A DNA stretch of 64,000 nucleotides from an uncultured Phycisphaerales bacterium (GTDB lineage Bacteria > Planctomycetota > Phycisphaerae > Tepidisphaerales > Tepidisphaeraceae): assembly GCA_963758525.1 (NCBI GenBank), contig CAVWVQ010000002.1:192001-256000 (forward strand), given 5' to 3'. Each line of letters opens with the position of its first letter. Position 1 is the first letter of the stretch. A program made the translations under genes and the position numbers. Below the pieces are notes generated by a model. That model was not told the DNA's origin, made no database searches, and was given only the letters and a program-made list of their open reading frames with translations. Below, one piece after another: positions 10,718 through 19,778 of this stretch.

Positions 10718-11784
10718 CACAAGCAGTTGATAAAGAAACCGACGCTCGTCCCACCGCCATGGCGCAATCCAGACGGGCGCTGGCCGGCGCCTTGGAATTG
10801 GGTATCCGGCTCGTCGCGCTGGCGGTGGTCTTTTTCGCCTTTGGCGTCATGGTGCCGGGCGGCAAGTTTTTCACGCCCAGCAATATTGAGAACCTTCTCA
10901 TGCAAAGCGCCGTCTATGCGATGTGCGGCCTGGGCATGACGATGATTATCATCACCGGCGGCATCGATCTGGCTGCCGGATCGACCATCGCGCTGTCGAT
11001 GGTAGTCACGTCGATAATCCTCAACGGCGGAGTCGATGGAAGCGGTGCGCCGCTGGAGGCTCATCCATTTCCGATTACGCTCCTCGCGGTGCTCGGGGGA
11101 ATTTCGGTCGGCGCCGCGGTGGGTCTGATCCAGGGATCGCTCATTACCGGGCTGCGGCTCGTGCCGTTCATCGTCACGCTGGGCGGCTTCACCACGGTGC
11201 GCGGGTTTGCCAAATTCATCGCCAAGGATCAGGAAATCAGTCCGCCGTCAACCAACTGGCTCTTCGAGCATCTGATGTCGCCGGTGCAGGGGCGATCCTT
11301 CAGTTGGGAGCTTTTTGCGCCCGGCGTGTGGCTCACGATCGCGATGGCAATTTTCGCGGCGGCAATGCTGCGATACACGAAGTTCGGAAGGCGCGTCTAC
11401 GCGATCGGCTCCAACGAATCCACCGCGCGGCTCTGCGGCGTTCCCGTCTATCGCACGAAAATTCTCGTCTATACCATTGCCGGCGCCTTCACCGGCCTCG
11501 CGGGGGTCATGGAGTTCAGCAAACTGAACCTCGGTCAGCCGACCGGCGCCTTGAGTTATGAGCTGTATGTGATTGCCGCCTGCGTGATCGGGGGCACCAG
11601 CCTCGCCGGCGGCGTCGGAAAGATCAGCGGCACGATCATCGGGGCGTTAATCATCGGAACCCTCTACGCCGGTGCGCAACAGGCCGGTTGGCCCAAGGAA
11701 GTGCAGGAAATGGTGATTGGCGTGATCATCGTCGCTGCCGTCGCATTGGATCAACTGCGCGATCGATCGCGGAAGAAGGGGTGA
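10714..11784 (+). CDS. Sugar ABC transporter permease (RbsC-like)
   Basis: GGIDLAAG, PFIVTLG, GRRVYAIGSNE, YEL.VIAACVIGGTSL.GG.G; ATGA overlap. Confidence 0.92.
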   Translation: MTQAVDKETDARPTAMAQSRRALAGALELGIRLVALAVVFFAFGVMVPGGKFFTPSNIENLLMQSAVYAMCGLGMTMIIITGGIDLAAGSTIALSMVVTSIILNGGVDGSGAPLEAHPFPITLLAVLGGISVGAAVGLIQGSLITGLRLVPFIVTLGGFTTVRGFAKFIAKDQEISPPSTNWLFEHLMSPVQGRSFSWELFAPGVWLTIAMAIFAAAMLRYTKFGRRVYAIGSNESTARLCGVPVYRTKILVYTIAGAFTGLAGVMEFSKLNLGQPTGALSYELYVIAACVIGGTSLAGGVGKISGTIIGALIIGTLYAGAQQAGWPKEVQEMVIGVIIVAAVALDQLRDRSRKKG

Positions 11785-11906
11785 GGGAGCGAGACAGGGA
11801 TTGGAGATACGGGCGCGGCCGTTCGGGTTCGATGGCCGGTGGATTGCCGCATCTCCGATCACGATCCGGCAAACCGTGGTAGAATGGTTGCTCCCGAGGT
11901 GCTTCC

Positions 11907-12809
11907 ATGCCATCGCCAAAGAACATTCTCCAACTCCCGACCAGCACGTACGAGCAACGGCTTGCAACTGATCTGAGGTTCGCGATGTCGGAGATGGGCG
12001 CATTTTTCGAGGGCGAAAGCAAGGTCCACCGGGCTCTGCGGAAAATCACGCGCAAGTTGGACGAGCTGCAGATTCCCTACGCCGTCGCCGGCGGTCTCGC
12101 CCTATTCAGGCATGGCTATCGTCGGACCACCGACGACGTCGATCTGCTTGTGACCCGGTCTGACCTGAGGAAAATCCACGATCACCTTGACGGGCTGGGA
12201 TATTTGCCGCCCTTCAAAGACAGCAAGCATCTGCGCGATGTTGAAGAGGGCGTCCGGATTGAATTTTTGACCGCTGGCGATTTTCCGGGCGACGGAAAGC
12301 CGAAGGAAGTCGCATTCCCTGATCCGATCGGCGCAGCCACGGAAGCTGACGGCATCCGGTTTTTGGATTTAATTCCGCTCATCGAGCTGAAGCTGGCGTC
12401 CGGAATGTCTGCCCCCCACCGGAGGAAAGACCTTGTCGATGTCCAGGAGTTGATCAAAGCCCTTGCGCTGCCAAAGGACTTCGCTGAAAAGCTTCGGAAA
12501 TCTGTTGCGGGGGAATACAGCCGCCTCTGGTCCGAACTCAATGCTCCCCGGCGCTTTATCAAACTCTGGAGAAACAAGTGGCTTACTTCAAAGGCGGCCA
12601 CGCTCGAAGAGATGGTTGGCGGATTGCGCTCCGCGGCACAGACTTTGGAAGCGATGTTAAAAGATGGCGTCACCTTGGATGTTTCAGTTGGCGGGGTTGC
12701 GGACGACTACGCTCATCTCGTCACGACTGATCCAGAAATTGCGCGAAAATATGATATGCAGCCGGAAGAAGACTTCTTGGGCAAAGCTGGCGCAGATAAC
12801 GAGGTTTGA
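11907..12809 (+). CDS. Nucleotidyltransferase-fold (pol-beta superfamily) protein with an extra C-terminal domain
   Basis: IPYAVAGGLAL..HG..R.T.DVDLLV; LIELKL...R.KD..DV; ~85 aa C-terminal extension. Confidence 0.75.
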   Translation: MPSPKNILQLPTSTYEQRLATDLRFAMSEMGAFFEGESKVHRALRKITRKLDELQIPYAVAGGLALFRHGYRRTTDDVDLLVTRSDLRKIHDHLDGLGYLPPFKDSKHLRDVEEGVRIEFLTAGDFPGDGKPKEVAFPDPIGAATEADGIRFLDLIPLIELKLASGMSAPHRRKDLVDVQELIKALALPKDFAEKLRKSVAGEYSRLWSELNAPRRFIKLWRNKWLTSKAATLEEMVGGLRSAAQTLEAMLKDGVTLDVSVGGVADDYAHLVTTDPEIARKYDMQPEEDFLGKAGADNEV

Positions 12810-13024
12810 AGTCATTGCACCAGCATCAGAATTTGAACCCGCCGTGCGTTTGACACGGCAACGCCGATGCCTGTGAAGAGCGCCACGCGGAGCGGCACTT
12901 GGGGATCAACACCAGAAGCGTAACGGGGAAGAGCCGTTGAAGCCTTAGCCCCGCGCGCTGGGCGCCGCGGAGTTTGGCCCGTTCGCGGTTCTCGCCGGAT
13001 CGACATCGGAGACTGGGTGATTGC

Positions 13025-13380
13025 TCATCCCTGCGGTCCTTTGGAGTCTTCCTTTCCGTACTGATCATGCCGGCGCCACCACACGAACACCTTGGTCCGC
13101 GTGCCGCCCGCCGGTGAGTCTTCCCATTCCTCCTGGCGGCCGAGTGGTGTCAGGTCGAGCAAAGTCCCGCTGGTCAGCACCTCGGTGCCTCGGCCGCCGG
13201 TGTGATAGGTTTGGTAGACCTCTTTGCCGTCGTGGATGAAAACGCTGAGGCCGAAGTTCTCGCCCTTGTCGGTGGTCAGGCCGAAGTCCTGGTTGAAGTT
13301 GCTGCCCTGGGAGGAATACCAGGGATACGTCCAGCCCATCCGTTTCTTGTATTTCTCAATGTTGTTTAAAGGCGCGATGA
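13025..13380 (-). pseudogene. DUF899 (thioredoxin-like) C-terminal fragment; N-terminal half missing
   Basis: APLNNIEKYKKRMGWTYPWYSS.GS.FN.DF..RG.E..LLDLTPLGRQE.WEDSP.G; no room for the N-terminal half before the SRPBCC gene. Confidence 0.75.
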
Positions 13381-13473
13381 AAAATTCCCTTGTTCGATGA
13401 TTGTCTGCCCTTCTTACTTCCTTCCCTTCGTGCCGCAGTTTACTTGCCGCGGCGGGTGCCTCGGTTGCTTACT

Positions 13474-13911
13474 CTACCCGCGCTTTTTCTCTGCTGCCGC
13501 GCGAATGAGGTCCAGCATCTCTCCCCAGCCTTTGCTGACATCTTGCTCGAGTCCGGGCTCGATCAGACCAATGGCCTGGTGGGTGAATTTCAGCAGGGTG
13601 CCGCCGGGCTGTTCGGTCAGGCGGTACTGAATGTGCGAAATCGCCGGGTAGGACATCATCGTCGGCCCAACCAGCTCGAGCAGTTTCGGCGGCTTAATCA
13701 CCTGGACATGACCCCACAGGTGTCCGGTATTGATGCCCAGGTCGCGGAACCAGCGCCCGCCGGGCCACGGTTCCAGCTTCATGTTCATGTCCTTCATGGG
13801 ACCATGTGGTTCGAGCACGGTTTCGAAGACCACGTCCGCCGGGGCGGCAATCAGCACTTCTTTGACGACATGCAGGCTTTTGATAGCGGATGGGTTTTCT
13901 TCAGCGATCAT
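13474..13911 (-). CDS. SRPBCC/Aha1-like domain protein
   Basis: KEVLIAAPADVVF, LEPWPGGRW, PPKLLEL, GT.LKFTH, GW; AAGGAG RBS. Confidence 0.85.
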   Translation of the reverse strand: MIAEENPSAIKSLHVVKEVLIAAPADVVFETVLEPHGPMKDMNMKLEPWPGGRWFRDLGINTGHLWGHVQVIKPPKLLELVGPTMMSYPAISHIQYRLTEQPGGTLLKFTHQAIGLIEPGLEQDVSKGWGEMLDLIRAAAEKKRG

Positions 13912-14299
13912 GACGTTGCTCCTTTGAACGGGGTTGGTGGTTCGGTGCGGCGCGATTGTGCGCGGCAAGTTGTTTCGCTTTCTTCTCGGCGACTTCCTTG
14001 ATGCCGGCCAGCTGATCGGTCCAGAATCGCTCGAACGATTGAATCCAGTCGTGCACGGGTTTGAGCTCCTCCGGGTTCAGCCGATACAGCCGGCGCTGTC
14101 CTGCCTTATGAGCGGTGACCAGGCCCACCTTTCGCAGCACTCCCAGATGCTTGGAAACCGTCGGCTGGGGGAGGCCGAGCTTCAGCACCAGTTCCGTCAC
14201 ATCGTGCTCTATCCCCCCGGCAAGCAGATCCACGATCTTCCGCCGACGGGTCTCGGCGATGGCGTTGAAAACGTCGGAGGTTGTCGTCGCCCTGGCCAT
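13901..14299 (-). CDS. ArsR/SmtB-family transcriptional regulator
   Basis: DVFNAIAE..RRKI..LL; QPTVSKHL.VLRKVGLV; Y.LN..L..VHDW. Confidence 0.9.
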   Translation of the reverse strand: MARATTTSDVFNAIAETRRRKIVDLLAGGIEHDVTELVLKLGLPQPTVSKHLGVLRKVGLVTAHKAGQRRLYRLNPEELKPVHDWIQSFERFWTDQLAGIKEVAEKKAKQLAAHNRAAPNHQPRSKEQRHDR

Positions 14300-14306
14300 G
14301 GACAGC

Positions 14307-14334
14307 ATTATATTCCTATAATAGAATATATCAA
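14307..14334 (-). promoter_or_regulatory. Sigma70 promoter (TTGATA-16-TATAAT) with overlapping palindromic operator TATATTC-N8-GAATATA
   Basis: -10 lies 7 nt upstream of the ArsR ATG; the palindrome spans the -35/-10 spacer. Confidence 0.75.
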
Positions 14335-14420
14335 GTAAAAAAAGAGAGACCTGCCATTTTTCCGGTAATCCAAGGTAGGACGCAACGGTTTTTTGAACGA
14401 GTAGCGCCGCTGGTCCTCGG

Positions 14421-14466
14421 AATCACCCTCACCGCAACCCTCTCCCGGGGTGCCGGGGGAGGGGGC
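14421..14466. repeat. REP-like palindrome, family A (single arm)
   Basis: AATCACCCTCACCGCAACCCTCTCCCGG..CCGGGGGAGGG. Confidence 0.7.
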
Positions 14467-14496
14467 ACTAAAAAACAGGCTTTTGGCAGGGGTAAA

Positions 14497-14910
14497 CTAC
14501 GCATGAGCGATGATCATCCATGAGATGCCGAACGGATCGGTCACCATGCCAAAGCTGGAGGCGAAGAATGTCTTGCTCAGCGGCATCGTCACCTTGCCAC
14601 CCTTGCCGAGGGCGTCGAACCGGCGTCTTGCCTCATCTTCATCCGACACTGAAAGTGACAGAGAAATGCCCGAAAAATTGGGAGCTCCGGCGCAATGGCC
14701 GTCGGTGGCCATCACCACCGAATCGCCGATGCGCAAGCTGGCGTGCATCACCTTGTCCATCACGTGAGCCGGCATCTTGGCTTCTTCGCCGCCTCCCGGC
14801 ATTTCCTTGAATCGCATGATCATCTCCACCCTGGCGTCGACGGCGTTTTTGTAAAACTCGATCGCCTCGTCGCAGCGACCTTCAAATGAGAGATAGGGTT
14901 CGACTTTCAT
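14497..14910 (-). CDS. VOC/PhnB-family protein
   Basis: MKVEPYL.F.GRC.EAIEFY; VMHA.L.IG; FG.VTDPFGISWMI; ATGA overlap with the upstream gene. Confidence 0.88.
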   Translation of the reverse strand: MKVEPYLSFEGRCDEAIEFYKNAVDARVEMIMRFKEMPGGGEEAKMPAHVMDKVMHASLRIGDSVVMATDGHCAGAPNFSGISLSLSVSDEDEARRRFDALGKGGKVTMPLSKTFFASSFGMVTDPFGISWMIIAHA

Positions 14911-15854
14911 GATTGCTCCTGGGGGTCGTTGTTCTCCGGCCGTCCTTCGATGTAGAACCAATTGTGGATCGGTTTGAGAATCTGCAGGACCTCGCCGAGG
15001 AGCTGCTGGTCGATCGGCTCGGCCGCCCACTGGGCCCAGAGCCTGATGTTTTTCGGATTGGCCGATCCGACGATGCAAGTTGCCATGTCCTTGTTCAGAA
15101 TCGAATACTGCAGCGCGAGCTTGGCGATGTCCGAGCCCTTCGCCTCGCAGTGTGCCGCCGCCTGGCGGGCGATTTCGCGGACCTGCGGTGTGGCCTTATG
15201 CCAGCTTGGGAGCGGCGCGTTGGTCAGCAGCCGCGCCGAGAACGGCGCGGCGTTCATGATGCCGATCCCCTTTTCCTTCAGATATGGCGCCAGATCCGCG
15301 AGCATCGTGTTCTGCAGCGTGTAATGGTTGTAGGAAAGAATCACGTCCAGCGGCGCGCGGTCGGCGACGTAGCGGAACATCTTCATCGGGTAGCCGCTGA
15401 TTCCGACGAATTTCACCTTTCCCTGTTGCTGCAGCTTGCGCATGGCCGGGAGGGTTTCATCCACAATCTGCTGCATGTTCACAAATTCGATGTCATGGCA
15501 AAGGATGACGTCGAGATGATCGACCTTCATCCGCTCCAGGCTCACATGCACGCTTTCCTCGACGCGCCGGGCGGAAAAATCGAAGTGTTCGCCGCTGTAG
15601 CGTCCGAGCTTGGTGCCCAGCAGATAACGGTCACGCGGGACGCCTTTGAGCGCGAGCCCCAGCATCACTTCCGACATTCCCCGCCCATAGAACGGCGACG
15701 TGTCGATAAAATTCATGCCCAGGTCCAGAGCGACGTGCACTGACCGCAGCACCTCGTTGAGATCCACTTCGCGGAACTCAGCGCCCAGCGAAGAAGCGCC
15801 GAAGCTCAGCACGGGCAGTTGCAAACCGGTATTTCCAAGGGGACGCAATTCCAC
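14907..15854 (-). CDS. Aldo/keto reductase, L-galactose/L-fucose dehydrogenase-like
   Basis: LSFGASSLG, NFIDTSPFYG, TKLGRY, CHDIEF, GISGYP. Confidence 0.85.
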   Translation of the reverse strand: MELRPLGNTGLQLPVLSFGASSLGAEFREVDLNEVLRSVHVALDLGMNFIDTSPFYGRGMSEVMLGLALKGVPRDRYLLGTKLGRYSGEHFDFSARRVEESVHVSLERMKVDHLDVILCHDIEFVNMQQIVDETLPAMRKLQQQGKVKFVGISGYPMKMFRYVADRAPLDVILSYNHYTLQNTMLADLAPYLKEKGIGIMNAAPFSARLLTNAPLPSWHKATPQVREIARQAAAHCEAKGSDIAKLALQYSILNKDMATCIVGSANPKNIRLWAQWAAEPIDQQLLGEVLQILKPIHNWFYIEGRPENNDPQEQS

Positions 15855-15876
15855 GGTATGTCTCTTTCTTCCATTG

Positions 15877-15903
15877 ACTGAAAACTGAACACTGAAAACG
15901 AAC
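15877..15903. repeat. Heptamer tandem repeat (ACTGAAA/ACTGAAC x3)
   Basis: Directly visible in the intra-operon spacer. Confidence 0.6.
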
Positions 15904-15905
15904 GT

Positions 15906-16352
15906 TCAATCTTTCCGGACGCCGATCGCCAGCAAGAGATTTCCGAACAGTTGCTGGTCGCCGGTCTGAACTGTCAACACGTGATCGGGGGTTGTGACCG
16001 CATCGTAGAACTTGAATTTCTCGATCGGCTCAAGCTCGAGTTGCAGGCCGGCGTCGCGGAGCGCCTGGCGGAACTCGTTCCAGACCGGCGGGTCAGACTT
16101 CAGGGCGTACGGACCAGTTGTCTGATAATTCATCGTATAGGCAGCCTCGATCGGAACGGCGCTGAGGATTGCCTGCAGGACCTGCGTGCAGGTCACCAGC
16201 CCCGGCATCAGATTGAGGCTCACAACCTCCGCGTTGGGCCCGCGCTTCGACCAGGCCGAGTAGTTGCCGTCGGCAATCAGGATTTTCGCGTGATGGCCCG
16301 CGCGGCCGATGACTTCGTTGATCTTGGGATGAATCAGCCGGTGTTTGAGCAT
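15906..16352 (-). CDS. RbsD/FucU-family sugar mutarotase/pyranase
   Basis: MLK..LIHP.I...GH...ILIADGNY; FY; TGD...FGNLLL.IGV. Confidence 0.88.
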   Translation of the reverse strand: MLKHRLIHPKINEVIGRAGHHAKILIADGNYSAWSKRGPNAEVVSLNLMPGLVTCTQVLQAILSAVPIEAAYTMNYQTTGPYALKSDPPVWNEFRQALRDAGLQLELEPIEKFKFYDAVTTPDHVLTVQTGDQQLFGNLLLAIGVRKD

Positions 16353-16364
16353 GGTGGCAGCGCC

Positions 16365-17186
16365 TTATGAGCGGAAGAATTTACGAAATGCGTCGATCGT
16401 CAGTCGCGCCGCCAGATCGGAATCGGGATACGGCAGACACTCCGCGGAAATATACCCGTCGTAATTCATCTGACGAAGCGACGCGGCAATGGGAGCGATG
16501 GCGGTGTGGCCCGTTCCGACGGGCCGTCGATTCGAATCTGCAAAATGCACGTGCCCGACGTGCCGCCCGCCGGCGACCAGCGCTTCGGGAAGGTTGGGTT
16601 CCTCGATGTTCATGTGGAACAAATCCGCCAGCAGAACCACGTTGCTGATTTCCTGCGAGACGATCAGATCCACCCCGTGCCCGATGGTGTTGCACATGTT
16701 CGTTTCATACCGGTTCAGCGGCTCGTAGATCAGCGGGACGCCATATTTTTCCCCAGCATACGCCCCGAGGCTCTTCAGCGCGTTGCCGAGATAGTAAAAA
16801 GCTTCTTCGCGCTCCACCCCGCCGCCCCACCGCCCCTGCATCGAGCCGATGATGACCGGCGCTCCCAGCGACCCCGCCGCGTCAATCATGGCGCGGACAA
16901 ACTCGCTCCCCTGATCGCGATTGGCGCGGTCGTAGTGGGTTAATGTCAGTTGATGCTTCACCCAGCCAGCGCCCGTCCCGACGGCGGCGACCTTCAGCTT
17001 GTGCTGGTCCAGCAATGGCTTGACCGCTTCGGCGTCGATCGCGTCCGGACCAGGCGGAAAAATCTCCACTGCGTCAAAACCCAGCGCGGACGCCTTTCGG
17101 CATCCCGCGGAAAGGTCGTCCCAAAAGACGAACGGCCCACCCTGCGCCTCGGGCACCAGCGAAATGGTAATCGCGCTGCTGATCAA
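16365..17186 (-). CDS. Sugar (phosphate) isomerase/epimerase, xylose-isomerase-like TIM barrel
   Basis: GFDAVE, EPLNRYET, DLFHMNIEE, HVHFADSNR..G.GH; TTG start after GGAG (start inferred). Confidence 0.85.
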   Translation of the reverse strand: MISSAITISLVPEAQGGPFVFWDDLSAGCRKASALGFDAVEIFPPGPDAIDAEAVKPLLDQHKLKVAAVGTGAGWVKHQLTLTHYDRANRDQGSEFVRAMIDAAGSLGAPVIIGSMQGRWGGGVEREEAFYYLGNALKSLGAYAGEKYGVPLIYEPLNRYETNMCNTIGHGVDLIVSQEISNVVLLADLFHMNIEEPNLPEALVAGGRHVGHVHFADSNRRPVGTGHTAIAPIAASLRQMNYDGYISAECLPYPDSDLAARLTIDAFRKFFRS

Positions 17187-17330
17187 CTGCTGACTCCGAT
17201 CCGGGTTCTCGTCACAATGCATGGCGTCGCGCGACGGCACATTCCATTTTTGCTTGTTACGTTTAGCGGCCGCCCGAAGGGCCGCGTTTCATCCCGCACG
17301 CGCCAGTTCGCGCCGGTTTCTACGCAGGGG

Positions 17331-18347
17331 CTACAACTCGATGACGGCTTTAATAACCCCGGTCTCCGGCTTGGTGAAAGACTCAAACACATCCGGCATC
17401 GTGTCAAACGAGCAGCGGTGAGTGATCCACGGCTGTGTGTCGATGCTGCCGTCCTCGATCCAACTGATAATCTTCGAAAAATCGCCCGGCATCGCGTTAC
17501 GGCTGCACAGCAGCGTCCCTTCGGGCCGGTGAAACACCGGATGCTTGAAGGTCACTTCCTTTGTCGTGATGCCGACGTAGACCAACCGCCCTGTTGGCGC
17601 CACATAACCGAAAGCGTTGGACATCGACACGTTGCTGCCGGTGGCGTCGATGACCACGTCGGCAAGGTTGCCATCGGTGACGCGGCGCAGATCGGATTCG
17701 ACGTTGTCCGACAGGACAATCGTCTCATCAACCCCCATCATCTTCCGGCAGAATTCCAGGCGGTGCACGCTCATATCCAGCACGATGACCCGCGCCCCCA
17801 TCAGCTTCGCGAAGACAATCGCGGACAGACCGATCGGGCCCGCGCCGATCACGAGGCAGTTTTCACCTTTGACGAGACTGGAGCGATTCACGGCATGCAA
17901 GCCGATCGCCAGTGTTTCCACGAGCGCGAGTTGCTCGAAATTCAGTTTTTTCGAAACATGCAGTTTGTCTGCCCGCATCACGAAGCGATCGCGCAAACCG
18001 CCGTCGGTCATCACGCCGAGCACCTTTAGATTTGCGCAGCAGTTGCTCGCACCCTTGCGGCATGCCAGGCAGTCGCCGCAGTTCATATAGGGTTCGACCG
18101 AGCAGCGATCGCCGGGCGCGACGTTCTTCACGCCCGGGCCGACTGATACGACCTCGACACCGAGCTCATGGCCCATGATGCGCGGATAACTCAGAAACGG
18201 CATCTTTCCAAGAAAGCCGCTCAAATCGGTTCCGCAGACGCCGACGCGATGCACGCGCACCAGCGCCTCTCCCGGCCCAGGCGCCGCGGCCTCGGGAAGC
18301 TCGATTCGCTCAAACCGTCCCGGTTTCTGCAATACGATCGCTCTCAC
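17331..18347 (-). CDS. Zn-dependent dehydrogenase, L-galactonate/L-gulonate 5-dehydrogenase-like
   Basis: GVCGTD, GHE, C..C..C...NCC Zn site, GAGPIG, SRNA; GTG start with AGGAGG. Confidence 0.85.
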   Translation of the reverse strand: MRAIVLQKPGRFERIELPEAAAPGPGEALVRVHRVGVCGTDLSGFLGKMPFLSYPRIMGHELGVEVVSVGPGVKNVAPGDRCSVEPYMNCGDCLACRKGASNCCANLKVLGVMTDGGLRDRFVMRADKLHVSKKLNFEQLALVETLAIGLHAVNRSSLVKGENCLVIGAGPIGLSAIVFAKLMGARVIVLDMSVHRLEFCRKMMGVDETIVLSDNVESDLRRVTDGNLADVVIDATGSNVSMSNAFGYVAPTGRLVYVGITTKEVTFKHPVFHRPEGTLLCSRNAMPGDFSKIISWIEDGSIDTQPWITHRCSFDTMPDVFESFTKPETGVIKAVIEL

Positions 18348-18405
18348 AGCTTGCCTCCTGCTCTTTGCACACACTCCGGACCGCAGCCGGAGCCGCCTTT
18401 TTGTT

Positions 18406-18458
18406 GGTGCGTGCTTCCAGCCTGCCGGTTTCCAGCAGGGCTGGAACCCCGGACCACC
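18406..18458. repeat. REP-like inverted repeat
   Basis: GGTGCGTGCTTCCAGCCTGC ... GCAGGGCTGGAACCCCGGACCACC. Confidence 0.55.
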
Positions 18459-18468
18459 CTCGCGCTCC

Positions 18469-19731
18469 CTACAGAAATATCCGCTTCAAATGCCGGTCAA
18501 ACGTATTCTCCGTCACGTTCCTGGCGACGATCGACTCAAACTGCTTCAACGCATCGGTGTAGCGCGTCTCCAACTGTGCCGCGACTTTGAAGCCCACGTG
18601 CAGCAGTTGCCGGAAATGCGGGTTGTAGCGCGGATTGCTCTGGTCGTGACGCAACGTTGCCGCGTACTGCTCGCCGGTCCATCCATTCACCTCAGCCACC
18701 GTCGGCAGCTTCTTCTTGTCGATATCAATCACCGTCGCGTACGGCCCGCAAAGCTCGTCAAATCGCCCCAGCGCCGTCGCATACACCTCGCGAGCGATGG
18801 CGAGCCCTTCGCCGCCTGCTGATGCCAGGCCGATTAATTCTTCGAGCCAGGTCGTGCCCGCGGTCTTGATGTGCAGACCGGCGCCGGTGCGCTTGAGCGC
18901 GCGGTTGATGGCAGGATAGATCGAGAACTTGTCGCTCCCGGAGTGAACGCTGAGCTTCAGATTTGCGGGAAGCCCGAATTCCTTGATCGCAAATGCGATG
19001 ACCGCAAGGTCGTCTTTGAATTCCTTCTCGAACTGCTTGAGGTCGCCGACGTAATCGACGCCCTTGTTGAATCGACCCGTAAACTTGGGAGCGATTGTCT
19101 GCACCGGAAGCTTTTCCTTTGCCAGGGCCGCGAGAATGAACAGCAGCTCGATCGGAGTTTGCGGCTGATCCGTCTCGTCCATCGACACTTCGGGCACGAA
19201 GTTCCCCGCCCCTTTCTTCGATTCGACGTACTGATAGACCTTGCCGGCCTCTTTGACCGCGTGCAGGTATTTGCGTGCGATCCCTTCGATGCGGTCCGTT
19301 GTCACATCCATCGCTCCGTCGATCCCGTCAATGCGCAGCGAGCCGGCGAATTTCGCGTGATCGGAGACAAACGACTGAATCTGCGCGTCATCGGCAGGCT
19401 TGGCAATGAAGTCCGCGACGTCGATCGTGAAAAAGTCGCTGGGAGCCAGGAAGCGGTCGACTGTCTTGAGGCCGATGTGGTCAGCATCGACGAAATACGG
19501 GCTCTTCCACCCCAGCGCGGCGGTTGCCGCGTTTGCTTCCTCGCGCACGCTGGACGGCTCGCTGTGAATGATGTTGTGCTCGCGATTGGACTTGTTCCAG
19601 ACCGGCGCCACTTCGACGCCAAGATCGCGGGCTTTCACAAATGCCGCGAGCTGAGCGCGTCCCTGGTGCGCGAAGCGGTCTCCGATTCCCATGCTGTATT
19701 TTGGTAGTGGGTTCATGTTGGTAAGTCCCAT
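18469..19731 (-). CDS. uxaE: Tagaturonate/fructuronate epimerase
   Basis: GIGDRF, PVWNKS.REH, DADH, EVSMDET, FNKGVDY.GD, KLSVHSGSDKF, H.KTAGTTWLEE. Confidence 0.9.
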   Translation of the reverse strand: MGLTNMNPLPKYSMGIGDRFAHQGRAQLAAFVKARDLGVEVAPVWNKSNREHNIIHSEPSSVREEANAATAALGWKSPYFVDADHIGLKTVDRFLAPSDFFTIDVADFIAKPADDAQIQSFVSDHAKFAGSLRIDGIDGAMDVTTDRIEGIARKYLHAVKEAGKVYQYVESKKGAGNFVPEVSMDETDQPQTPIELLFILAALAKEKLPVQTIAPKFTGRFNKGVDYVGDLKQFEKEFKDDLAVIAFAIKEFGLPANLKLSVHSGSDKFSIYPAINRALKRTGAGLHIKTAGTTWLEELIGLASAGGEGLAIAREVYATALGRFDELCGPYATVIDIDKKKLPTVAEVNGWTGEQYAATLRHDQSNPRYNPHFRQLLHVGFKVAAQLETRYTDALKQFESIVARNVTENTFDRHLKRIFL

Positions 19732-19778
19732 TTTCCTCCGTAGCCGCGAATCGGTCAAGCGCGCACGACCGTAACTGA

